A stretch of DNA of 64,000 nt, taken from assembly GCA_020536535.1 (NCBI GenBank), contig JAHLWZ010000424.1:62001-126000 (forward strand). Reading direction: 5' to 3'. The first letter of the stretch is position 1, and every line of letters begins with the position of its first letter. Below the pieces are notes generated by a model. It was not told the DNA's origin. It did no database searches and saw only the letters and a program-made list of their open reading frames with translations. This DNA comes from Pelomyxa schiedti. Its lineage: Eukaryota > Protista > Evosea. The translations under genes were made by a program, and so were the position numbers. Below, piece by piece: positions 11,285 through 23,532 of the stretch.

Positions 11285-13747
11285 TTAATGTCCATGTGGG
11301 GTCGTAGTGGTTGTTGGTGTCTTAGACTTGAGGATGATGCGAGCATCGACGACCTTGAGTCCGCTGCCGACTTCATACACAAGCACTGGGTTTGCATCTA
11401 CTTCCTCCACTTCGGCAGCCAGCTCATAAACCAGCTGTGACATGCGGGATATAACCCAAGTCAGGGCTGCAATATCCCTGGGTGCTTCACCTCTTACTCC
11501 AGTCAGTATCTTGTAGCACCGGATTTCCTCCAGCATAGAGGACACTTCGCTCTGGCTGACAGGTGCTATCCGGAATGTGACGTCCTTGAGTATCTCAACA
11601 AAGACGCCTCCCATGCCGAACATGATGGTTGGGCCAAAGGTGGAGTCGTTGACTGAGCCGACAATCACCTCCATTCCCTTCTGTGCCATTTCGCACACAA
11701 GCACGCCGTGGATTTCCGCGTCGGCTTTGTAGACTTTAGCGTTGTTGATAATTGTAGTGAAGGCTCCCCTGACGGCCTCAGCGTCTCGTAAGTTCACTTT
11801 TACACCACCAGCATCTGATTTGTGAAGAATCTGTAAATGTGGTAAGCCATTTGGAATCACAAGGGGAATTTCCGAACCTGAGGAGATACAATCTTTAGTA
11901 CGACTGGGTATCCAATCTCTTGTGCCAAAGCAACTGCCTCTTCTTCACTCTTTGCCAGCCTTATCTTCGGTACAGGTAGCCCGTAGGCGGTAAAGATACC
12001 GTGAGCCTCGATTTCCGTCATAGCTTTTCTACCTGCCGCCCGAACTGATTCAATGATCTCCATAGCACGCTGACGAGCAGGAGCAGTGTCGTTGAAAGGG
12101 CAGGTAAATGGCTTCTCTGGATGGAGCCGACTTAATTCTCTGTGCTTTCCGTGTTGTCTTAGAGCACCAAGAGCGTTCATTGTACTCTTAGGGTCGGTGT
12201 ATACTGGGATCGACCTTTCGGCAAGGTAAAACGCACCTTCCACACAGAGGTTCCCCCCAACGAAGCAACCGACTACAGGCTTGACTTTGCTCAAGGGATC
12301 TGCGGCATGCGCTTTGTTAACTCCCCGTTCAATAGCCTGAGCTATTTGGGTGGGATTGGTAACAGCAGTCTCACAGTAAAGTACAGCAACACCGTGAACC
12401 CAGGGGTGCTTTAATGCGATTTCAATACTATCCTCATAGCCCTTAGCACCAGAACCGCCTGTGATATCCACTGGATTCTTGGGTGATCCAAAACTCGGCA
12501 TGCACTTGAACAGCTCGGCCTGTAAATAATTACTTTCTGTTTTCTCCTTTGGAAAAGGAATTTACCTGTAAATCATCAGGTGCACTCCGCAGAGGTATTC
12601 CAGCGAATTCAGCTGAATCAGTTGACAGGACACCGATGCCACCGCCGTTAGTGATCACAATAACGTTATCACCGAGCATTGGTGGCTGGAGAGAAAGAGC
12701 TTGCGCTACAACAAGGAGTTCCTCCAAGTCGTTAGCTTTCACAACTCTGGCCTGTCTCAAGTTAGAACAAGTTAGAAGAAAATCGGAGAGATAGTACTTG
12801 ACGGAAGGCAGCATCATAAACTTTAGCACTTCCGGCAAGTGAGCCTGTGTGTGAAGCAGCCGCAGCGGCACCATGTGCACTTACACCCGATTTAAGTACA
12901 GCAATGGGTTTCTCACACTCGCGGGCTGCTTGGATGAATGAGCGTCCATTATGTAACCCTTCCATATAGAGAGCAATGCAATGAGATGCGGGCTCAAGAG
13001 ACAGGTGGCGAATGCAGTCTGAGAAGTTGACATCAGACATGTTCCCCAGAGAGACCATGCAGCTGCACCCGAACTTCCTCAAATGAGTAGTTCCGATAAG
13101 AGCAATAATCAGTGCTCCACTCTGTGACACCATGGCTGTGCTGCCTGGCCACGGCAAAAACGGTGCAAACGAAGCATTCACTTGGCGGTTAGAGGCTGTT
13201 CTTTTTGCGTGAGGATCAGAGTCGCTCGGAAAAGGTCCCTTGGGCCCGTTAACGAGAACACCGACAACGTTAGGCCCAACAACACGGCCGCCAGAGGCTT
13301 TGGCTATTTGCACCAGTTCATCTTCTGCTGCTTTATTTCCTGTCTCAGAAAAGCCAGAAGTGATGACAATGTGGCACTTGACTTTCTTTGTTGCTGAATA
13401 CTTGTTAGTTATGGCGTTAAATTGGCAAGATACAATATACCGGCCTGTCTGGCACAGCTAACAACAGCTGCAGCAGGTACAGTGTAAACAGCAACATCTA
13501 TTTGTTCCTCTGGAACTAGGCCGATGTTGGCGTACGCCTTGAGTCCAAGAACCTGAGGGGGGAAACCGTAAAAATCCAAAAAAAAACCACTAAAAGAGGT
13601 GCACACCTCAGGAGCATTGCTGTTGATGGGGTAGATCTTGCCCGAGAACGTATCCAGCAAGTTTTGTACCACGAGGTTTCCGATGGTGCCAGGCTTGGTC
13701 CCTGCACCAATCACAGCAATGTGTCGTGCTGAAAACAGTTCTTCCAT
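11285..13747 (-). CDS. Acetate-CoA ligase (ADP-forming), fused alpha/beta subunits
   Basis: CoA-binding start MEELFSARHIAVIGA, VVGPNVVG, SQSGA, SLGNMSDV, AAASHTGSLAG phospho-His motif, TNGGG, NPVDITG, and ATP-grasp beta domain LKIVSPQILHKSDAGGV...VDANPV; several short introns. Confidence 0.93.
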
Positions 13748-14088
13748 TTGTTGACAGTGTTGGTACCTAACGTCCTGCGTGTTGTTGCCCAAATCTTTTT
13801 TTTTTCTTTTTGTGGTGCTCGTTTGCCGAAAACCCTTAAAAAGAACTAACGCAGGGCTTTTCTGTCAATTTCTTTTTGACCTTGTTGCACATTTCTCGAA
13901 GTTTGAAATACGATGAACTTTGCATCAACTGATAGAACATTCTTCATGGTCCCATCATCTATGATGTGTGTAGACTAGTGACGAGGTGTTTGAAGAAAAA
14001 CAACTCATTTGCACTTTTATGGATAGGGAACAGTATTATGGAAAGGAAGGCATCACCATACTACTCAACTGGCCTCAAGGAGAAGGAT

Positions 14089-15850
<1,762 letters not shown>

Positions 15851-15962
15851 CTGTCTTTGGTTTTGTGCGAAGTAGCAGAACCGACGATCAAAAGGGGAAA
15901 CTCGCCCTTTGATCTTACCGTTTCATGTTTCCCAACAGCCCTGAGAACCAACTCCCACCGGT

Positions 15963-16335
15963 TGGGCCGAATCGTGCTAAACGCCCCAAGCACGATACTG
16001 AGCCCATTTGTCCCACACACCATCAGTCGAAACTGGCGTGCTTTGTGAACCTTCACGTTATGTCACAGTTGGTCAGGGATATCGTGACACTTGTGCGTCT
16101 TGTTATATCCCTCAAGAGCTGTGAGAGGGATCCTGGGGAGGATATCTACCAAGCCACAGTAGATGTTACGTCACCATCACCCCAGGGACCAGGAATAACA
16201 GAACCCCCTTAAGTCCACTATCGTACGTTCTTTAGCGAGTTCACAGTCTCAAGGTCTTTGTTGGTCAGTGGTATCTTGGGACAACTTGGGCACGAGACAC
16301 ACAAGGTGCAACTTCATGTTTGAATCACCTGCACC
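15963..16335 (+). ncRNA. Candidate structured non-coding RNA(s), class unknown (central part loosely H/ACA-like)
   Basis: Five hairpins plus a long-range helix, with G-U pairs on the + strand, in the gap between OSGEP and RPL28; no credible ORF. Confidence 0.45.
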
Positions 16336-16745
16336 AGTAAAAAGAGTATATGCGTAGCCTTGAAACAAAAAGAACCAATGCTTTCCCTTGTTGTTCAATT
16401 TCCTTCGTTCAATCTGTACCTTAGAAATAGACGTTTAGCTGTATCGAGATTAGCTTTGCAACTGTCTGGGATGACGTCGAAGATTAATAAAAGGAATTCT
16501 TAGAGTTGCACCCGAGGAGAAAAAAAATCGGAGATCTACACCGAAGTTTTTGAGCCCGGAACCGGTCCGTCCACCTTCGTTTTGATCGTCACCCTCCCTG
16601 CTTTTACCTTTGTCTTGTCGTTGGTTTCGTTGTCGTCGTTTTTTTTTTTTTTTTTTTTTGCGTTCGTGCGTTGTAGTTTGGTTTTTTTCCCCGCCCGTCG
16701 TTTTTCCGTTTCAACGCCAACCCCAAATTTATGGACACACCAGAA

Positions 16746-17932
16746 ATGGCCACTCTCGCCCCTTCGTTGTTGTGGCAGCTTGTTCGCGCGAACAACAGTT
16801 TCATGGTTAAGCGCGATCGCACCATCTTCTCTGCTGAGAAGACCAACTTGATGAGAGTGCATAGCCCGTTGTACTCTGGTATTGCACAGAACGTTAACTT
16901 CTGCTTCGAGGTGTGCTTGTTCCTTTAGTATCTCATTCATTGTAACGTGTGTTTGGTGTTTTAGAAAGTAGGCAAAGGTGGCAAGGTCAGGTGCACAGTC
17001 AAGAACCCCCGAATGTTGAACAAACCAGCCACTTGGCGCAAAACGTTTGTATTCATTTTTAACAAACCAAAACTTAGCTCTTTCATGGGCGCCCCTAATA
17101 TTTTTTTTTCACCAGCATTGTATGCAAAAACTCTTCACGCAAGGGAAATCGCCAAGCGTTGGTCAAGGCAATCTCCGAACTGAGACCCGGCCTTACCTTC
17201 GCCGCGTACGTTCGCCATTCCAAGCTTGATGCATGCAAGAAACGCCCCGCCAAGTACCCCGCCCACCGCCCACGCCATCACATCGTCAAGAAGGTCAAGG
17301 CTGCCAAGAAGGTCAAGAAGGCCGAAGTAAAAGCCGAGGCCAAGCCAGCCACACCAACAGAAACAGGAGCACCAGCGGAAGACAAGAAGAAGAAAAAGGA
17401 GGAGAAGAAGGTTCACGGACCCAGAATCCTCAGAATGGGACACAAGGCCCAGAAGAAGGCCGCCCAGCCCCAGCACAAGAGCTGCAAATGCAAGCACAAA
17501 GCAAAGAAGGTCAAGGCCCCTCAGAAGAAGAAGGCCAAAATTGCGCCCGAAGTAACCGAGAAGGGGAAGGAGAAGAAGGTTGCTGAGAAGAAGCCCAAGA
17601 CCCCACACACACCAAAGGAAGGATCCTCCAAAAAGACACCCAAGCCCGCCGCTGAGAAGAAGCCCGCCGCTGAGAAGAAACCCGCAGAGAAGAAGCCAGC
17701 TGCTGAGAAGAAGGCCGCAAAGAAACCCGCAGAGAAGAAACCAGCCCCAAAGAAGGCCGCCAAGAAGCCCGCCGAGAAAAAGGGCAAGAAGCCAGCTGCC
17801 GAGAAGAAACCAGCCGAGAAGAAACCAGCCGAGAAGCCCGCTGAGAAGCCCGCCGAGGTTCCAGCTGAGAAACCCGCTGAGAAGCCAGCTGAGAAACCAG
17901 CCGAGAAGCCAGCTGAGGAACAGAAGTCCTAG
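16746..17932 (+). CDS. RPL28: 60S ribosomal protein eL28 with a long Lys/Ala/Pro-rich (histone H1-like) C-terminal extension
   Basis: [23 protein letters not shown]...FSAEKTNL...YSGI matches the eL28 N-terminus; two introns; third exon continues from ELRPGL into AEKKP/PAEK repeats up to the stop. Confidence 0.88.
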
Positions 17933-18127
17933 AGGCACTCCCTGTGCGTTTTATAAAGAACAACAAACAATCCTTTCCCAACACAACCCTCAGTGTTAGT
18001 ATCGGTCGTTTTTTTTCCCAATATTTGTGCCTTCTCCCGTCCCCCAGTCCAATTTTTCCCATTCCACTTAAGGCTTAAGGAATGATGGACACCAAAAAAA
18101 CTGATCAAACAGCAGAAAAGCAAAAAA

Positions 18128-19946
18128 ATGCAATCAACGAGGGCACTGCTGGACTCGTTGATGGGTGCGAACCGGAATGGCGACAGCAGGAGACGCAACA
18201 TTCAGTCGTTCAGGGACTCAGATGTGTGCAAATACTACCTCTGTGGATTATGTCCACACATACTTTTTGTCAACACGGTTGATTTTTACTTTTTTTCTTT
18301 TTCTTTTTCTCTCCCCTCTCTCCACTCCTTCTGCTTCTACGTGCCTTTCTCTTCGAACAGCCCAAAGCGATAGATACAGCACAACGGAATAATAGTCAAT
18401 AATAAAGCCGGCTCGCCAACACTAATAAAATGACCGTTGTGCAACAAGACCGCATACTCTTCTCTACGCGCCCCTCAAACGACAACTGTCACTCTCATCT
18501 CATCATCCTGGTCGACCATTCGTTATGCACCCTCTCCTCTCCACCCCCTTTCTCGCACCCCTCCCATGTGTAGAAAGCAGACCTGGGTGAGTGCCCAAGA
18601 GAGCACTCTGATTCGCGCAAGGCGGAGTATGAGGAAGCTAGACTGACGAGAGATTTCGGTTATGAACTAGAACTGCAAAACTGTTTGCAAAAGCTTGTAG
18701 ATGAAGTGCAACGAAAAATCAATAGAGCACAGAAGAGTATTGAGGCGAGGCAAAAGGTATGTTATTTTTTGACATTGGCACTACCGTACCTCTTTGTCAC
18801 CGCCTTGACTGCACAGGATGAAGAACACGAAAAAATCACGAAAGAGGTAAGCGATCTACAGGCTCAAGCTGAGGCTTTAGGTAATCACAAAGTGGCATTC
18901 CACAGCTTCTGATACCCCACAGGTGCAGAAGGAAAAGTTGAAGACTCCCTTGCAGCCTTAGCTAAAGCAGAGGAACTCAAGAAGCAGGCAGCTCAAATTG
19001 TAGTCTCTATTTCCTCTCTCGATACCTAAAACTCTCAAGGACGCAACCCGGCAAAATCTTCGCGTTTGTGACATTTGTGGTGCCTATCTTAGTGTTATTG
19101 ATAGTGACCGCGGCCTTGCTGATCACTTTGGTGGCAAAATGCATCTTGGATATTTGCGTGTTGTAGAAAAACTTGCAGAACTAAAGGTATCCCAAACTGC
19201 ACAAAAATTTGAGTTGATGAGGTCTAGGAACTAAATAAAAATGTGCAACCGGAATCCAAACCAGAAGAGGTTTTTGCTTTTTTATTTTCTTATTTTCTTG
19301 CTTTCTTGGTTTTTGCTTTCTTGAATGCTTTCTTTGTGAAGTTTTTCCCCCACTAATAGCACCACAGCCACCGGCATCAACCACTCACGTATCAACACCA
19401 AAACACTCCAGGTCGCCTTCTAGATCCCGATCCAGATCGTATGCAGTGCCCTTAACTAATTCTTCTCTTTCCTTACAAACACCTAAGGCCACTCCGAAGC
19501 TCTTCAGCTCGTCACACCAGAGAAAATGACCACGACAGAGACCGCGACCGCGACNNNNNNNNNNNNNNNNNNNNNNNNNNNNNNNNNNNNNNNNNNNNNN
19601 NNNNNNNNNNNNNNNNNNNNNNNNNNNNNNNNNNNNNNNNNNNNNNNNNNNNNNAGATCGTATGCAGTGCCCTTAACTAATTCTTCTCTTTCCTTACAAA
19701 CACCTAAGGCCACTCCGAAGCTCTTCAGCTCGTCACACCAGAGAAAATGACCACGACAGAGACCGCGACCGCGACCGCGACAGAGAGAGGGACAGGGACA
19801 GGGACAGGGATAGAGATAGAGATAGAACAAGGGACCGGGACAGAGACCGAGACCGAGATAGGGACAGAGACAGAGACAGAGAAAGAAGAGACAGAGACAG
19901 AGACAGAGATAGGGGGGAAAGGAGAGGGAGAAGTTCGCACTATTGA
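18128..19946 (+). CDS. LUC7: LUC7-like U1 snRNP splicing factor
   Basis: ZnF1 VCKYYLCGLCPHILFVNT-KADLGECPREH; ZnF2 VCDICGAYLSVIDSDRGLADHFGGKMHLGY; RS/RD-rich C-terminus; spans an N-gap. Confidence 0.93.
19555..19654. other. Assembly gap (100 N) with sequence duplicated across it
   Basis: About 19434-19554 reappears right after the gap (from 19655), consistent with an unmerged contig overlap. Confidence 0.9.
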
Positions 19947-20032
19947 TTTTTGGGTTGAAACAAAACTTTTTTTTTGATCAGAATACATGTTTGCTCTTCT
20001 ACAATTTTCGGTTTTCGAAAGCCAAAACTCTA

Positions 20033-22987
20033 TCACCTGCGGGATTTTGTTTTGGAGGGTGAGGTTGACGTTGTGGTGGGTGTTGTTGTTGGGGTGGTTG
20101 TTTTTCTTCTGCGTTTTGAGGATGGAGGCGGAGCCCCCTTGTTTTGTGTTGTCTGCTGCAGAGGCATTGTTTTTGAGGGTATGCTTGGTGACGTGGATCT
20201 TCCCAGGGTTGAGGCGAGTCCCGGTGTTTGTGGAGATGGGGGTTGTAGGGTTAGTGGTGACATGGCTTTCATCATCAGCGCGGCAGCTTGTGCTGTGCTG
20301 GTGGTGGTGCTGGTGAAGGATGACGGGTTGATTGGAGAGTAGCTGCTGCTGGATTGGTTTGTGATTGTGGGTGGGGGGTTGTTGGGTTTGGCAAAGGTGT
20401 AAGGGGAGGTGTATTGCGGGTGAGTTTGTGGCGGTGGCAGTTGTTGGGTGGCCGTGGGGGTTTGGTGCGGAATGAAAGTGTGGTTTGGAAGTGCGGGGGG
20501 ATACTGTTGGTTGGGTTGTGATGGTAGTTGCGCAAGGAGCTGCAGTACGTGGGTGTTGGTGCTGGTATTCAGCGGAGCAGAAAAAGGAAGTGAAGTGAGA
20601 GGGGTTCCTGGAACTGGCAAAGTACTTCGCTGAGGAAGTTGAGGAAGTGGTGGGGGTGGTAGAGGTGGTGGGGGCAATGGTGGCGGAAGTGTTTGTGTTA
20701 CCTGAGGGAGATTGGCAATCTAATGGGGTTTACTTGTGGAATAATAACTTGGGGGAAAGACACCTGTTGCTTATTAGCAGCAGCAATCTTTTGTTGCTTC
20801 AGTGCTTGTGTGTCTTTCATGAGTTGCAGTAGAACTGCCTGAAGTTGGTCAACACTGACCTGCAGGGAGCTTATTGCAGTGTGAAAGTGAATTGCGGCGT
20901 CCGTGTCCTTGCCTTGATCTAAAAAAATTAAAATACCAATGTGCGTTAAGAAGAGCCAAAAAAAAGTAACAGGTAAAATACCTGATCGGAGTTTTTGTGA
21001 GTCCAGAGTTTGCAGTAATTCAGGGCACTGTGGAGGCTGGCTGTACGAGGGAAGAGCTTCCATTGGTGTAGATAGTTTACGTGTATTATTAGGAGCCTGC
21101 TGGGTTGGAACTGGTATATTTGGGAGAGCAGAATATCCTGCGCTATTCGAAGTTACAAGTGGAGGCGCGACAGAGGATGCTGGGGATACTTCCGACTGTG
21201 GCTGTGAGTGACGGGGAGGAACTTGGGCTTGGTTTAAAATGTTGGAATTACGCATAGATGCCAGAAGTGATTGAATCTGTTGCCCTTGCAACGCGGAGGC
21301 AGAACAAGAGGGTTGCGGTGGTTGAGTTTGCTTCTGCTGCCATGGTGTATTCCACGGGAGTTGAAGCTGTTGAAGGGGAATGCCAGCCCTCTGTAGGGCC
21401 TCCTGAAGAAAGGATTGTGGCAAAGGGGATGTGGGAGAATGTAACAAGGGACCAGATGCCTGGAGCATGTTACCTGGGGGAAGCATTCCTGTCGATTGTG
21501 GGGCTGGAGATGGTGATGTAAAAGTACTCGATATATGAGGGAGAGACGAACTTGACTGAAATGATTGCATCTGCATGTCAATTGGCACTGGTGTGCCCAG
21601 ATGGTTTGATTTAGAAGTTGTTGGTTGTGGAAGTTGTGAAATCGAGGAAAGTGGAGGGTTTGTGCTGTGTTGTGTAAGCTGCTCTGGTTGAGAAAACTGA
21701 GGTTGCATGGTTGGATTTTTTGGGAGAGAGCAGGGGCCTAATTGCTCCTCAGTATTACTTCCCTCTTTTTTTTCAATTTCGAAGTCTCTGAGATCTTGAA
21801 CAATTCTACCCATTTTTTCGAAAACAGATTTCCCAATATCTTGTGTTGATAGTTCCGACTGGAATAACTTACACAAGTCCTCCATCCCTTTGGCGGTGAG
21901 CAGAATCTGTGGTACACAGTTACCTCAGGGAATAAAATTGAAAACATACAAGCGGAGAGTTCTTCTCACATAATCCCATCGAAGAAAGTCTTACATAATC
22001 ACATCGATTGACATCTGGGTCAATTACCACTCTTTCAACAGAAGTGCAAAACTGTCTGAGTGGTGGAAGTGGAGCAAGACGTTGCTCGGGAGTCGAACAT
22101 GCGGTGCATGACCCAGTATAGAGATCATGGAAGAATGTCTCTGTATAGTACACCAAGGTTCCCGAAGAAGTGTAGCACAAAATGCGGTTATACTCATGAT
22201 CATTACATTTTACAGGTGAAATCTAACCAGTAACGCTTAAAAAAACTTATTTGGGAAGTGGCATTACGATTTCCCAGTCTCTTTCTGCATCATCTTCCAT
22301 GAGATAAGAATGCTGTGGATGCCCAATGGTAGATGGTTGTGGAAGCGCGATATTGGGTAGCTTTGGAAGCTCGTTGGTGGAAGGAAGCTCGGTGGTGGAT
22401 GGTTGTGATGTTTGTGGGGAACTTTGTGTTAAATTGGCTACCTCCGTGAGGTGAAGATTTTGGGATTGTCCGACCTCATTTTTTACCTCGGGCAGGGGGT
22501 CATCCTGTGGTAGTGCACTGCAGACACTATCTCCATGTTCCGGAGATATAACACCGTTATTACTGTGTTCGATAGCAGTGTCCTTATCGCAAACGTCGGT
22601 AACGTTACAGTCTTCCCCTTTGTCGGAGTGGTGGTCGTCTGCTGCCCCTTCTCCCGCTTCTGCAACGCTCTCGTTGGAGCGTTGTGCGGTCTTATCTTCA
22701 TTTCCACTTTGGGGTAAGTCTGCAGGTGAGACGGCCTCCTTGGTTGTGTTTGTACAGCTTTTGTCTTCTGTGGGCGAGGAGTGAGAATCGGTGTGTTTCG
22801 TGGCCCTAGTGTGCGGGACATGACGCCGAGTTGTCGCTGTCGGCGGCTCACCAATTTTTTCCGCGCCGCCACTTTCGTCGGGTGATGTTTTATGCTGGCT
22901 TGCTGTTGCCTCATTTTTCGGGGGAGGTTCGTTGTGAGTGACGTCGCTTTCACTTGCACAAAGATCGCCCTGCTCCGTTTGCGCCAT
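20033..22987 (-). CDS. Hypothetical low-complexity (Pro/Gln/Ser/Thr-rich) protein with a small central Cys-containing globular region
   Basis: ORFs 22247-23191, 21920-22180, 20698-21885 and 20033-20677 can be joined by GT-AG introns; C-terminal KRRRK may be an NLS; start uncertain. Confidence 0.65.
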
Positions 22988-23532
22988 TTCCGTTGTGGTT
23001 TTTTGATCGCATCTCTCGGGTTGCTCCTCTGATGCTGTTGTGCTTTGACTTGTATCCACACACGGTGCGGACTTGCCGCTATCCGAAGATCTAGATCTCT
23101 CCTCTTCCTCCGTTTTGTTCGCCGTCGTGGTACTATGTTCACTGCGCGTCGGTGCTTCGTTTATTTTTTTATTTTTTTTCGTTCGAACCAAAAAAAACCA
23201 AACGCTTTATTGCGTTTGGTTCCGGCTAATCTAATTTTTCCTCATCTTGGTACACTATTGCCCTGCCGAACCAGGGGATTAGGTCGATTCTCAATATTTT
23301 CGGCTGTAGCAAACGGCGACACGAGAAAAACAAAAAGTGCAGGTGTTACAAAAGGGATTTTCCAGTTTAGTTTCATTTCATTGTGCTGGTGGCTGTGTTG
23401 TGTGACAGGAACTACTAATTGGGCATAGTGTGAGGCCTTGAATGAACAAGGTTTTTTACAGGCAAAATTCACTAGGTGCTCAGGCATTCAAAAGCCCACA
23501 AGGGGGTAGTACTGGCTTCTTGTAACCAGAGC

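Noticed and set aside
16197-16212. AACAGAACCCCCTTAA resembling the RNase P 3' conserved region
   Set aside because: No matching CR-I partner found upstream.
17135-18062. Long antisense ORFs over the RPL28 tail, and similar ones over other GC-rich or repetitive CDS
   Set aside because: Shadow frames caused by biased codon usage; no independent protein features.
19434-19775. Apparent tandem duplication of a LUC7 intron and exon
   Set aside because: The copies flank a 100-N gap and are identical, so this is most likely an assembly overlap artefact.
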